Positions 17,172 through 27,280 are shown, counted from the first letter of the stretch. The stretch is 62,446 nucleotides of DNA from Clostridia bacterium (GCA_017536635.1 JAFXHA010000039.1:1-62446); one strand, 5' to 3'. Notes: generated from the sequence alone by a model not told the origin. A program made the numbers and translations.

Positions 17172-19262
17172 ATGAAAAACACAAAACTTGTGCGTCTGCT
17201 TGCGCTTCTTATGGCGCTTCTGATGCTCGCATCCCTTGCTCTCGCATCCTGTGCGAACACCGGTGATTCCGATGAATCGTCCGACACGACCGAAACCACC
17301 GCCGGAACCACCGCCGGAACCACGGCTGAAACTACCGGTAGCGAAAAGTATGACGTTATCACCATCGCTAAGGCACTTGAGCTTTGCGGCGCGTCCGGCA
17401 ACGTTACTACCGAGCGTTACTACATTCGCGGAACCATCAAATCGGTAACCAACGCGCAGTACGGCACTATGGTCATCGAGGACGAGACCGGCTCTATTTC
17501 CGTGTACGGCACGTACAGTGCTGACGGCTCCATCGGCTATGCCAACTTTGAATACAAGCCCGTTAAGGGCGACGAGGTCCTTCTCCACTGTATCCTTCAG
17601 AATTACAACGGTACTAAGGAAGTAAAGAACGCTCGCCTTATCGAGTACACGAATAACCAGGGCAAAGTTGACGTTTCGAATTATACCGCTGCAAGCATTG
17701 CCGAGGCAAGAGCGGCAGAGAAGGGCGCAACGCTCAAGGTTGACGGTGTTGTAGCCCGCATTACCTACGCTGACGGAATGAAGCCCAACGGCTTTATCCT
17801 CGTTGACGAGACCGCCTCTATCTACGTTTACGACGGCGACGTTGCGCAGAGATTGAAGATAGGCAACAAGGTAGAGATCGCCGGAACAAAGGATTATTGG
17901 ATACTTGATTCCGAGCAGAACAATGCTGCTAAGTTCGGATACAAGGGCGCTAACCAGCTTACTGACGTTACTCTCGTTTCCAATGACAATAAGACCGATA
18001 ACGATTTTGATAAGACCTGGATCACGAGCGCAACAGTAAAAGACATTATCAATACACCTGTTACCGAGGACATTACTGCTAAGATATTCAAGGTAACCGC
18101 GCTCGTTAAGAAGGTTCCGGGAAGCAACTTTGTAAATTACTACTTCTTTGATCTCGATGGCGAAACGGGTGCTTATACCTATACTCAGTGCAGCGGAAGC
18201 GATTTTGCTTGGCTCGATGCCTTCGACGGCAAGATCTGCACCGTATATCTTACTGCGCTCAACGCAAAATCCACGGCAACCGACTGCTACTTCAGACTTC
18301 TTCCCGTTGCGGTTTACGATGAGAATTTCACATTTGATCTTGCTGATACCGCGGAGCACGTTATGGATTATTACGTGCTTGATCAGTTCAAGACCGAATA
18401 TACCGGCAATCCCCAGACCGAGCTTATAACCTCGGTTTCCTCCGAGCTTCTCGGATTCGAGAACGCAACCGTTTCCTACTCGTCGAGCAATACCGACGTA
18501 GTTAAGTTTACCGAGGCGGACGGAAAGCTTATCCTCGAGTGCCTTGATTCAGGTGCGGCTACTGTAACCGTTACCGTAACCTACAACGGAGCACCTCTTG
18601 TAAAGACACTTGATATCACCGTTTCCACGGTTGACGTTCACGGCAATACCGTCAAGAGCGCTATTGACGCAGAGCTTGACACAACGGTTACTATTGAGGG
18701 CATCGTAGGTCCTTCGGTCGTAAACAAGAGCGCATTCTATCTTATCGATAACACGGGCGTTATCGCGGTTGTCGTAAAGGATGCCGCTATATTCAAGGAG
18801 ATCGAGGTAGGACAGAAGGTAGTTATCGAGGGTAAGCGTAATAACGGCGATGGCGACCATACAAGCCAGACCTGTATCACCGATGCCGTAATCAAAGCAA
18901 ACTACTACGGTAATTACGAATATGACACGAGCACGTTTATCACGGGTAAGACGCTTGCTGACTTTGCGGCTATCAGCTATACGCCCGATTCGGCTACAAC
19001 CGTTTACGTTCTTAACGCTACTGTCAAAAAGGGAGGAAATGCTTACTATACGAACTACGAGATAGTATCCGGTCAGACCAAGGTGTTGCTTTATTGCTCA
19101 AGCGGAAATCAGTATTCCTTCCTCGAGCAGTTCGACGGACAGGAGGTAACTCTTGAGGTAGCTCCTTGTAACTGGAACGATAAAGGAGCTAAGGCTTGCG
19201 TTCTTTCGGTTATTACCCAGGAAGGCAAGATCATAAATATGCTTAACTTTAATGCTAAGTGA
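17172..19262 (+). CDS. Lipoprotein with repeated OB-fold-like domains
   Basis: Lipobox LASC, a Thr-rich linker, and three repeats resembling (I/V)xG(T/V/I)(I/V)...(F/M)x(I/L)xD(E/N)T(G/A)xIxV. Confidence 0.7.
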   Translation: MKNTKLVRLLALLMALLMLASLALASCANTGDSDESSDTTETTAGTTAGTTAETTGSEKYDVITIAKALELCGASGNVTTERYYIRGTIKSVTNAQYGTMVIEDETGSISVYGTYSADGSIGYANFEYKPVKGDEVLLHCILQNYNGTKEVKNARLIEYTNNQGKVDVSNYTAASIAEARAAEKGATLKVDGVVARITYADGMKPNGFILVDETASIYVYDGDVAQRLKIGNKVEIAGTKDYWILDSEQNNAAKFGYKGANQLTDVTLVSNDNKTDNDFDKTWITSATVKDIINTPVTEDITAKIFKVTALVKKVPGSNFVNYYFFDLDGETGAYTYTQCSGSDFAWLDAFDGKICTVYLTALNAKSTATDCYFRLLPVAVYDENFTFDLADTAEHVMDYYVLDQFKTEYTGNPQTELITSVSSELLGFENATVSYSSSNTDVVKFTEADGKLILECLDSGAATVTVTVTYNGAPLVKTLDITVSTVDVHGNTVKSAIDAELDTTVTIEGIVGPSVVNKSAFYLIDNTGVIAVVVKDAAIFKEIEVGQKVVIEGKRNNGDGDHTSQTCITDAVIKANYYGNYEYDTSTFITGKTLADFAAISYTPDSATTVYVLNATVKKGGNAYYTNYEIVSGQTKVLLYCSSGNQYSFLEQFDGQEVTLEVAPCNWNDKGAKACVLSVITQEGKIINMLNFNAK

Positions 19263-19269
19263 TAAATAA

Positions 19270-19300
19270 AAAGCAAGGGGCGAGAGCCCCTTGTTTTTTT
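19270..19300. terminator. Bidirectional terminator
   Basis: AAGCAAGGGGC-GAGA-GCCCCTTGTTTT. Confidence 0.75.
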
Positions 19301-20138
19301 ATGTCAAGCTTTTTAAAATATTGCACCATTCGTAAGGGATTTGCAGGTTTCCTTTGCCGATGCCAAGACTGATATCCGGCTTGTGAGCTCCGTGGAAGTC
19401 GCTTCCACCGCTGCGGGCAAGGCCGAAGCGCTCGGCAAGCTCAAGCGAGAGCGCGGTGGTCCTTTCGTCGTACAGGGAATAATAACATTCCATACCTTTA
19501 AGCCCTTGCGCTTTCGCTGACGGCAAGAATTCGACGAGCTCGCGCTCGCAAAGATTCAAAAACGGGTGCGCCAGCACGGGAACGGCATCCATGGAGTTTA
19601 TCACGCCTATCATTTCCCAAACTGTTGTGCGCTGAGGATCCTTGTAATGACCTGCAGAGCGAGAGAGCAGGGTATCGAACGCGTGCTTTATTGAAAGAGT
19701 GTAGCCTTTTTCGGTCAGCGCCGCCGCGATATGCGCGCGATTTATCTGACCGTTCGGAGTTTTTTGCTTTATCTCGTCGTAATCAAGAACAACGCCGACC
19801 TTGGAAAGAGAATGGATCAACTCAATATTACTTTGCTCCTTGCGCTTGTTGGATAGGGCTGTCATTTCCGATATTTGAGCAAAATACCTCGGGGAGATGA
19901 AAAGCCCGAGCAGATGCAGCTCCTTGCCGTTAAGATCGACAGAGAATTCCGCGCCCGTTACCGCTTCGATGGTCTTTCCTTGAGCTGCAGACAGAAAATC
20001 GGGCAGACCGTCAACCGTATTATGATCGCAAAGCGCCACGGCAGACAATCCTATATTTATCGCGGAGTCGATTATTTCGGCGGGGGTAAATGTTCCGTCC
20101 GAGAAGACCGAATGTGTGTGAAGATCACAAATTTTCAT
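19299..20138 (-). CDS. PHP-domain phosphoesterase
   Basis: DLHTHSVFSDG, CDHNT, LAHP and GGSDFHG motifs. Confidence 0.92.
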   Translation of the reverse strand: MKICDLHTHSVFSDGTFTPAEIIDSAINIGLSAVALCDHNTVDGLPDFLSAAQGKTIEAVTGAEFSVDLNGKELHLLGLFISPRYFAQISEMTALSNKRKEQSNIELIHSLSKVGVVLDYDEIKQKTPNGQINRAHIAAALTEKGYTLSIKHAFDTLLSRSAGHYKDPQRTTVWEMIGVINSMDAVPVLAHPFLNLCERELVEFLPSAKAQGLKGMECYYSLYDERTTALSLELAERFGLARSGGSDFHGAHKPDISLGIGKGNLQIPYEWCNILKSLT

Positions 20139-20200
20139 ACGTTTTAATTCCTTGTGCTTTTGATAATCTTATTATAACACGAAATATAAAAAAAGACAAG

Positions 20201-20345
20201 ATGGGAATTTTGCGAGGTTCGAATCAATAAGATTCAAGGAACCCTGCATACGCCGATTGACAAGTATATATATAATGCGTCTTGGCGTATGCACAACGAA
20301 TTTTCGCATTGGCGAAAATTCATGGGGTTCGAATCAATAAAGCTA
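20201..20345 (-). repeat. tRNA-linked structured element with two GGTTCGAATCAATAA copies
   Basis: 15-bp direct repeat at 20216-20230 and 20326-20340 (inverted relative to the tRNA), with two hairpins between them. Confidence 0.7.
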
Positions 20346-20350
20346 TACAA

Positions 20351-20388
20351 AATAAAAACGCACCGTGTGAACACGGTGCATTTTTATT
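20351..20388 (-). terminator. tRNA terminator
   Basis: AATAAAAACGCACCGTGT-GA-ACACGGTGCATTTTTATT. Confidence 0.8.
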
Positions 20389-20465
20389 TGGCACGCCGTA
20401 AGGGATTCGAACCCCCGACCTTTTGGTTCGTAGCCAAACACTCTATCCAGCTGAGCTAACGGCGC
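20389..20465 (-). tRNA. tRNA-Arg(ACG)
   Basis: Reverse complement reads GCGCCGTTAGCTCAGCTGGATAGAGTGTTTGGCTACGAACCAAAAGGTCGGGGGTTCGAATCCCTTACGGCGTGCCA. Confidence 0.97.
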
Positions 20466-20491
20466 ATACACAATTTCTTGCGTACCCGTAT

Positions 20492-20520
20492 ATGATAGCA
20501 CACTTTTTTTGATTTGTCAA
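20492..20520 (-). promoter_or_regulatory. Sigma-A promoter of tRNA-Arg(ACG)
   Basis: TTGACA-17-TATCAT on the minus strand. Confidence 0.7.
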
Positions 20521-20549
20521 GAGCTTTTTGGTTTATTTTTTAAGAATTT

Positions 20550-21224
20550 TTATGCTTTGGAGTGCTCGCGCAGAATGTATATTTTATCTATTTTCAACTC
20601 ATCAAGTATTTTTACTGATTTTTTCGCTTCCCCTTTGTCGTTGGATATTATGGCGATGGCGCTTTTTTCGTTTGATCGGCATACCTTGGATATTTCATTT
20701 GCTAACTCTGTGGTGCCTATGATTGAGCTTTTTATTCCCGTGCCGAGATAGCGTAATTTTTCGAAGTCAAAGCATATAAAATCAAATCGAGAGCGTTGAG
20801 GAAAATTGTAAAGCATCATTGGCGAATCGATACAGATCCCTTTTTCGATGAATCCGTTGAACTCTCGTCCCTCACTTTCAAGCTCGCAGAAGGCTTCCTT
20901 TATAATATCTGCACACATGTCAAGATCGTTGGGGGTTGAAATTCCCGTGCAGAGCAGGGAAAACTGTCCCCAAACGCTCGCTCGGTATATAGCCCTTATC
21001 CGCGAGCGAAAGATCGCCGATCGCTCGCTGTGCGTTGGATCAAATCGAGCTACGGCGGTTATAGGAGATCCTAAGAAGGAATCGGCAATATCGCAAAAGA
21101 ACTCATATGCGCGATCTTCCGAACAGAGAGTATCGAGTTCCTCTCCGGTGAGGTGTCCGATAGGGGATAGATCGTCTTGCGAAAGCTCGGAATTCTCTAT
21201 TTTTGTGCTTAAAAAAATCACCAT
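20550..21224 (-). CDS. Degenerate PEP-utilising enzyme (PtsI-like) C-terminal domain protein
   Basis: IFRSRIRAIYRASVWG, KGICIDSP and FDFICF resemble PtsI FxTQLRAILRASxxG, GIMIETP and VDFFSIG. Confidence 0.6.
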   Translation of the reverse strand: MVIFLSTKIENSELSQDDLSPIGHLTGEELDTLCSEDRAYEFFCDIADSFLGSPITAVARFDPTHSERSAIFRSRIRAIYRASVWGQFSLLCTGISTPNDLDMCADIIKEAFCELESEGREFNGFIEKGICIDSPMMLYNFPQRSRFDFICFDFEKLRYLGTGIKSSIIGTTELANEISKVCRSNEKSAIAIISNDKGEAKKSVKILDELKIDKIYILREHSKA

Positions 21225-21413
21225 TTTATACCGCCATATGCCTAAATATACGTAAATATTTTTAGGCGTTTTGCCTATCTTTATGCGCGCCTTTTTGTCG
21301 ATGTGTACAAATTATTTTTGAATATGTAAATTTTATGAAAAACTGCTTTACAAACTCCGATTTTATTGTTATAATAACTAATACCAATATATAATTCTAT
21401 TTTGGAGGTAAAA

Positions 21414-23120
21414 ATGTTTAAGAGAATTTTGGCGCTGGTTTTGGCACTTCTTATGCTTACCGCCGTATTTGTAGGCTGTAGCAAGAAAAGGAAGACCAAC
21501 ATAGGCGAAACGTCTACAAGCGGCACGACTGCGGCAACCACTAAGGATGACGATTCGGAAGAGCCCGGCGACGATTCCGAGGAGACTGAGGAATCTACCG
21601 AGAGAGAAACGATCAATATTGACGAGACAAACGCCGATATGACTAAAGACGGCGAAGTCAACGATACTGCACCGGCAGACGAATGGGATATCAAGTATAT
21701 TCTCAACCCTGATAACTGGGAAGATTCTGATATTCCCGAGGAGGTTGATTATGAGGGCTATGAGTTTACCGTTTTGGCTGACTCTAACACGGGAAATAAG
21801 ATAAGCCAGTGTGAGTTCCTCGTTGAATCTGACGGCGAGCTTATCAAGGAAAAGGTAGCTGAGCGTAGAAAATACGTAGAAGAGTATCTTGGAATTTCGT
21901 TTAACATAGTTGAATATGAGGGCGGATACGGTAATATGGAAGGCTTTGCGTCTGAGATTGAGGCTGCATCCGGCGCAGGAACCCCTTACGATCTTTCGGT
22001 CTCCTACTGCCTTATCCCGCCTATAGTTGCGGCAAAGGGACTTTCGCGCGACCTTGCCGAATCCGAAAATCTTAACCTTTATGAAACCAAAAAGCCCTAT
22101 TGGGGAAGCGGAATCAAGGAAGAGATCATGATCGGCGGACGTATTTTCTGGATGTCGGATAACTCCTCCTGGACCAGCGTTCGTTCTATGACCTGTATCT
22201 TTGTAAACGTTGATACGTTTGAGAGAGTTAACCAGGGATATACCAAGGCTCACCTTTATGAGATGGTAGACAAGAAGACCTGGACTATGGATAATCTCAT
22301 TATCCTTTCTCAGAACGCATACAGCAATACCAATACCGGTGATGAAAAGACCGAGGGCGTTGACAATGGCGACGAGTTTGGTCTTGCTACGGCTGTAGGT
22401 ATGGCACGTGTAGACCTCTGGCTCTACGGAGCAGGTCTCAGATATACTGAGCTTAACAATAAGGGTACTTACGACTGGACGCTTGAAAAGCCTGTTCACG
22501 TAGAATTTATCAACTGGTGGCAGGAAAAGATCCAGAATGACGATGACGTTTTGTCTAAGAACCCCGAGAATGTGTTGGTGGAGGAAGGCAGAGCTATGTT
22601 TATGCACGCTCCCGTGCTTGTTACCGAATCTAACCTCGAGTATAACTTCACCGTTCTTCCTATGCCCTTCTACAAGACCGACGTAAAGAACAACTATTCC
22701 ACGTCACTTTGCAATATGTATGGATCGTGGCTTATTCCCAAGGCTACCAAGACCGAGGCGTTTGAGCGCTCCGCAACCGTTCTCGAGGTTCTTGCAGCAG
22801 GCGGTAACATGTATCTTGCTCCCGCATATTTCGAGGTATACCTTAAGAGACAGGTAGCAACGGCTGACCTTGATATGATGAGAATGTTTAACGTTATCCG
22901 TAACTCCATCGTATTTGACCTTGGATATCTCTACGGCTCTTCGTTGCTCGTTGAGAATCTTGCAGGTAACGGTATTTACGACGAGCCCTTCCTGGCTCTC
23001 CGTAGACTCTGGACAGGCGGAAGTAGTAGTTATTCTAACATAACTACCGTTTGGGCTCAGATAAAGGGCACTGCAACCACTAAGCTTAACAATCTTATGG
23101 TCGATATCCTTGACTATTGA
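21414..23120 (+). CDS. Extracellular solute-binding-like lipoprotein, paralog 1
   Basis: Lipobox FVGC, an acidic linker, and DYEGYEFTVL, WTMDNL, VLPMP and IVFDLGYLYG motifs. Confidence 0.8.
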   Translation: MFKRILALVLALLMLTAVFVGCSKKRKTNIGETSTSGTTAATTKDDDSEEPGDDSEETEESTERETINIDETNADMTKDGEVNDTAPADEWDIKYILNPDNWEDSDIPEEVDYEGYEFTVLADSNTGNKISQCEFLVESDGELIKEKVAERRKYVEEYLGISFNIVEYEGGYGNMEGFASEIEAASGAGTPYDLSVSYCLIPPIVAAKGLSRDLAESENLNLYETKKPYWGSGIKEEIMIGGRIFWMSDNSSWTSVRSMTCIFVNVDTFERVNQGYTKAHLYEMVDKKTWTMDNLIILSQNAYSNTNTGDEKTEGVDNGDEFGLATAVGMARVDLWLYGAGLRYTELNNKGTYDWTLEKPVHVEFINWWQEKIQNDDDVLSKNPENVLVEEGRAMFMHAPVLVTESNLEYNFTVLPMPFYKTDVKNNYSTSLCNMYGSWLIPKATKTEAFERSATVLEVLAAGGNMYLAPAYFEVYLKRQVATADLDMMRMFNVIRNSIVFDLGYLYGSSLLVENLAGNGIYDEPFLALRRLWTGGSSSYSNITTVWAQIKGTATTKLNNLMVDILDY

Positions 23121-23138
23121 TCTGAACAATAACAAAAT

Positions 23139-23169
23139 AAAGCCGCAAGGAAATTTCCTTGCGGCTTTT
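23139..23169. terminator. Bidirectional terminator
   Basis: AAAGCCGCAAGGAAA-TTTCCTTGCGGCTTT. Confidence 0.8.
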
Positions 23170-23190
23170 AATATTTAAAACGAAATTTGA

Positions 23191-24279
23191 TTATCTGCAG
23201 ATCTCCCAGGACATATCGTAAAGGTCCTTGATCTCCTTGCGTCTCTTTTCGCAGAGAGCTTCCATGCTCTTTATCTCCTCTGCCGAGAACTTGTCAAGAT
23301 CTCCGTCCTTGAGCTTGTTCTTGTACATGCGGTCTACCGTGAGAGCGTAGAGAATATCGAGATTTTTGATATAACCGTCTTCCTCAATAACTACGCGGTT
23401 GCTCTTGCCCTCAAGGAGCAGATCAACTGCCTCGCAGCCCATCTTGGTTGCGGTAAGTCTGTCGCGAAGCGTAGGAGAACCGCCACGGACAACGTGAGCA
23501 AGTCTTGCAAACTTTGTCTCAACGCCGGTCTGCGTTTCGATCCTTTCACGGAGAAGCTCGCCGTAGGGGATCTTCTTGCCGTTTTCGTCGAGCTCATAAA
23601 CGCCCTCGCTGACAACAACGATCATTCCGCGCTTGCCACTTTCCTTTGCGTTCTTTATCTCCTCGATCGCAGCCTTCTCATCGAAGGGAAGCTCGGGAAT
23701 GCAAACAGCGATCGCACCCGAAGCAATGCCCGTCATAAGTGCTATCTGTCCGCAGTCGCGTCCCATAACCTCAACGACGTCGCAACGCGCGTGAGATTCG
23801 CAGGTGTCTCTGAGCCTGTCCACCGCGTCAAGCACCGTGTTCATAGCGGTATCAAAGCCGACGGTGTAATCGGTAGCGGTGATGTCGTTATCAATAGTTC
23901 CCGTAACGCCGATGGCGGGGATTCCGTGAAGGGTAAGGTCGGTAGCGCCTCGGAAGGTTCCGTCTCCGCCTATTGCGACTATGGCGTCTATATTATGCTT
24001 TTTGCAGGTAGCAACGGCCTTTGCCATTCCTTCGGGGGTTTTGAATTCAAGGCAGCGGTCGGAATAAAGAATAGTTCCGCCGTGCGTGATTATATTAGAA
24101 ACAGAGCTGGAAGTAAGCGGAATTATATTCTCTTCAAGCAGTCCGCTGTATCCACCGATGATTCCCACTACCTCTACGCCCTGATCGAGCGCGCTTCTTG
24201 TTATTGCTCTTATCGCTGCGTTCATTCCGGGAGCGTCTCCGCCCGAGGTAAGAACTCCTATCTTTTTGAATTTTTTCAT
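23191..24279 (-). CDS. pfkA: ATP-dependent 6-phosphofructokinase
   Basis: LTSGGDAPGMNAAIR, IGGDGT, GTIDND and VEVMGR motifs. Confidence 0.95.
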   Translation of the reverse strand: MKKFKKIGVLTSGGDAPGMNAAIRAITRSALDQGVEVVGIIGGYSGLLEENIIPLTSSSVSNIITHGGTILYSDRCLEFKTPEGMAKAVATCKKHNIDAIVAIGGDGTFRGATDLTLHGIPAIGVTGTIDNDITATDYTVGFDTAMNTVLDAVDRLRDTCESHARCDVVEVMGRDCGQIALMTGIASGAIAVCIPELPFDEKAAIEEIKNAKESGKRGMIVVVSEGVYELDENGKKIPYGELLRERIETQTGVETKFARLAHVVRGGSPTLRDRLTATKMGCEAVDLLLEGKSNRVVIEEDGYIKNLDILYALTVDRMYKNKLKDGDLDKFSAEEIKSMEALCEKRRKEIKDLYDMSWEICR

Positions 24280-24398
24280 TTTAAAAACCTTTCAAAATGC
24301 CGTAATTTATTTCATCTTATCTATTATAATATATTGTTTCTGAAAAATCAATAGAAATTTGAATTTTTATGTTAAAAAAATATCATTTTTCTGAGTTT

Positions 24399-25676
24399 TT
24401 AGCCATTAAGGTAGCTAAGCGCAAGATGCATAGCATTTGAAGCGCTTACTTCTCTGATGTATTCTCGACTTTTCATAGAAGAGAGCGTCAGCTTTATACA
24501 TTTATGATAGTCCTTTGCGCTGATAGCGACGAAGACCGTGCCCACAGGCTTTTCGGGCGTTCCGCCCGAGGGCCCTGCGATACCCGTCGTAGAAACGCCG
24601 ATATCGGCTCCCGTTTGCTTGCGCACACCCTCTGCCATCTCAAGAGCCGTTTGCTCGGAGACAGCGCCAAAGCTTGCCAGAGTCTCGGCGCGCACGCCGA
24701 GAATATTTTGCTTTACAGAGTTTGCGTATGTAACGCAGCCGCCGAGGAATACGTCCGAGCAGCCCGATATATCGGTGATGCGCTTAGCGATAAGACCGCC
24801 CGTGCAGGATTCGGCGCAGGCAAAGGTCTTGCCGCTCTCTCTGAGTGCGAGAACAAGCGTATTTTCAAGCGTTTTTGTGTCTATGCCGTAAATGAATTTT
24901 CCAACAGAGCTTTGCTTTATGGTTTCAACGCAGGCATCGCACATCTCCTTGGCTTTGACGTGCGTTTCTGCTTTTGCGGTTACTCTTATTCTTACCTCAC
25001 CCGATTTGCAATAGGGCGCAATCGAGGGATTGGTAGCGTTTATCATAAGGTCCTTTATCTGCTCTTCGAGCGCAGACTCTCCGATGCCGAAGAAATGTAT
25101 ATTTACACTGTCGATCACCGCGTCGGTGTGAGACATCAGAAATGGCTTCACCTGCTCGTGAAAAAGCGGTATAAGCTCGTTTGGCGGACCGGGAAGCATA
25201 ATTACGGTCTTGGAGTTGTTCTCGCCGCCAAAGGCAGCCATAGCGGGCGCTGTGCCGTTGTTGTTTGGAAAAACGGTAGCGCCGTGGGGGATCATCGTCT
25301 GCTTTACGTTGTTTGGCGTCATCACTCTGCCCGTGCGCTCAAAATAGCTCTTTATTCTGTCAAGCGAGGGGGAGTGGAGCTCAAGCTCGAGACCGAGAGC
25401 TGCCGCAATGGTCTCCTTGGTCAGATCGTCATAGGTAGGACCAAGACCGCCGCTTGTGATTATAAGATCGGTTTCAGATAGAGCGTCCCTGAGCGCTCTC
25501 GAGAGCCTTTCGGGATTGTCTCCGACGCAGATATGCTTATACACCGATATTCCCAGCTCTGCAAGCTGAGCTGAAAGAAAAGCGGCGTTAGTATTGACTA
25601 TATCTCCAAGCAAAAGCTCGGTTCCTACACAAAGGATCTGGGCGTTTTTATAATTGGCTGTATTCATATCTGACAT
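24399..25676 (-). CDS. cinA: Competence/damage-inducible protein A (NMN deamidase)
   Basis: VGTELLLG, GGLGPTYDDLT, AESCTGG and TGIAGP motifs. Confidence 0.95.
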   Translation of the reverse strand: MSDMNTANYKNAQILCVGTELLLGDIVNTNAAFLSAQLAELGISVYKHICVGDNPERLSRALRDALSETDLIITSGGLGPTYDDLTKETIAAALGLELELHSPSLDRIKSYFERTGRVMTPNNVKQTMIPHGATVFPNNNGTAPAMAAFGGENNSKTVIMLPGPPNELIPLFHEQVKPFLMSHTDAVIDSVNIHFFGIGESALEEQIKDLMINATNPSIAPYCKSGEVRIRVTAKAETHVKAKEMCDACVETIKQSSVGKFIYGIDTKTLENTLVLALRESGKTFACAESCTGGLIAKRITDISGCSDVFLGGCVTYANSVKQNILGVRAETLASFGAVSEQTALEMAEGVRKQTGADIGVSTTGIAGPSGGTPEKPVGTVFVAISAKDYHKCIKLTLSSMKSREYIREVSASNAMHLALSYLNG

Positions 25677-25825
25677 AAAGCACCTCGCAAATTTTCTTTA
25701 CATTATAATTCTATAATTTTTTTGTTAAGTATTTACTCCTTGTCTATGTATTTTTTGTAAATAATCTTGCCAATCGCGCGAAAAAGCGGTATAATGAATA
25801 AAAAAAGCGAAAGGAGAGCAGAAAA

Positions 25826-26713
25826 ATGTCAAAATGCTATATGTGTCCAAGAGCCTGTGGCGCTGACCGATCGGCAGAGGCCGGGGCCTGCGGCGTGCGA
25901 GAGAATATGCGGATAGCGTGTGCCGATCTGCACTTTTTCGAGGAGCCTGTGATAAGCGGTACTCGCGGATCGGGAACCGTATTTTTTTGCGGTTGCTCGC
26001 TCGGATGCGTTTTTTGTCAGAATCGGGATATAAGTCGCGGGGAAATGCCCGGACGTGAAATAAACGAGCGAGAGCTCGCCGATATAATGCTTTCGCTTGA
26101 AGCGCGCGGAGCGCATAATATCAATCTCGTAACGGGCGCGCATTTTGTGTCGAAAATTGCAACTGCGCTCGAGATGGTAAAAGGAAAGCTTTCTGTTCCG
26201 GTGGTGTATAACAGTTCCGGATACGAGCTACCGAGATCCTTGAAAATGCTTGACGGGCTTGTAGATATATACCTTCCGGATTACAAATATTTTTCGCCCG
26301 AGATTTCCGATAAATATTCGAATGCGCCTGATTATAGTGAGCGCGCAGAGGCGGCGCTCGCCGAAATGTTTTCGCAGGTCGGAAAATGCGAGCTTGGCGA
26401 AGACGGACTTTTGAAAAGGGGAATGATAGTTCGACATCTCGTGCTTCCGTCCTGCCGCGCCGACAGCATTGCAGTGCTGGAAAGGATCTCGGAAATACTG
26501 CCGAAAAATGATATACTTGTAAGTATTATGAGCCAATACACTCCCGAGTTTGCAAGCGATTGCGAATTTCGTGAGCTTCATCGTCGCGTAACGAGATTTG
26601 AATACGATTCAGTGCTTGACGTGGCAGATAGACTCGGACTCTCGGGCTTTTCGCAGGCTCGTACATCTGCGAGTGGCGTATACACGCCGAATTTCAAGGA
26701 AGATAATATGTAA
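25826..26713 (+). CDS. Radical SAM protein (PflX-like)
   Basis: CPRAC, GSGTVFF, CSLGCVFCQN and VRHLVLP motifs. Confidence 0.88.
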   Translation: MSKCYMCPRACGADRSAEAGACGVRENMRIACADLHFFEEPVISGTRGSGTVFFCGCSLGCVFCQNRDISRGEMPGREINERELADIMLSLEARGAHNINLVTGAHFVSKIATALEMVKGKLSVPVVYNSSGYELPRSLKMLDGLVDIYLPDYKYFSPEISDKYSNAPDYSERAEAALAEMFSQVGKCELGEDGLLKRGMIVRHLVLPSCRADSIAVLERISEILPKNDILVSIMSQYTPEFASDCEFRELHRRVTRFEYDSVLDVADRLGLSGFSQARTSASGVYTPNFKEDNM

Positions 26714-26743
26714 AAAATTCCACGTCTAAAATTTCCGTATTAT

Positions 26744-26773
26744 GTTTAAAGTCTTTGGCAAAAGGCAAAAATA
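26744..26773 (+). promoter_or_regulatory. Sigma-F-like promoter upstream of mazF
   Basis: GTTTA-N15-GGCAAAAATA matches the GYWTA-N15-GGnrAnAnTw consensus. Confidence 0.5.
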
Positions 26774-26809
26774 GACTTGTAAGGAAAAACATAAAAACGG
26801 AGATTTGAA

Positions 26810-27214
26810 ATGAACGTCAAAAGAGGAGATATATTTTACGCGGATCTGAGCCCTGTGGTCGGCTCGGAGCAGGGAGGGCTTCGCCCCGTGCTCATCATAC
26901 AAAACGACGTGGGAAACCGATACAGCCCTACGGTCATAGCGGCGGCGATAACCTCGCGAATGAGCAAAACGAGACTTCCCACACATATTGACATATACGC
27001 CGACCGCGTAGGGCTTGCCAAAAATTCGGTCGTGCTACTGGAGCAGATAAGGACATTGGATAAAAAGAGGCTCAAAGAAAAAATGGGACACCTTGACGAG
27101 AGCGTTATGTCAGAGGTCAATGCCGCTATTGCTGTCAGCTTTGGACTTGGCGAAACGCGAGGCGCGGAAATGCCCGATGCAATGGCAACGGGTGGTGGCG
27201 GAGTGCTGGCATAA
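26810..27214 (+). CDS. mazF: PemK/MazF-family endoribonuclease (EndoA/NdoA-like)
   Basis: [33 protein letters not shown] and LEQIRTLDK motifs. Confidence 0.95.
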   Translation: MNVKRGDIFYADLSPVVGSEQGGLRPVLIIQNDVGNRYSPTVIAAAITSRMSKTRLPTHIDIYADRVGLAKNSVVLLEQIRTLDKKRLKEKMGHLDESVMSEVNAAIAVSFGLGETRGAEMPDAMATGGGGVLA

Positions 27215-27280
27215 AAAACTTGACTTTTGCAGCAAAAAGGTATATAATTACCGTATATCTTATTGCAAAGAGGAAAGTTT

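Noticed and set aside
17295-17323. 12-bp tandem repeat ACCACCGCCGGA
   Set aside because: An in-frame low-complexity Thr/Ala/Gly linker; unremarkable.
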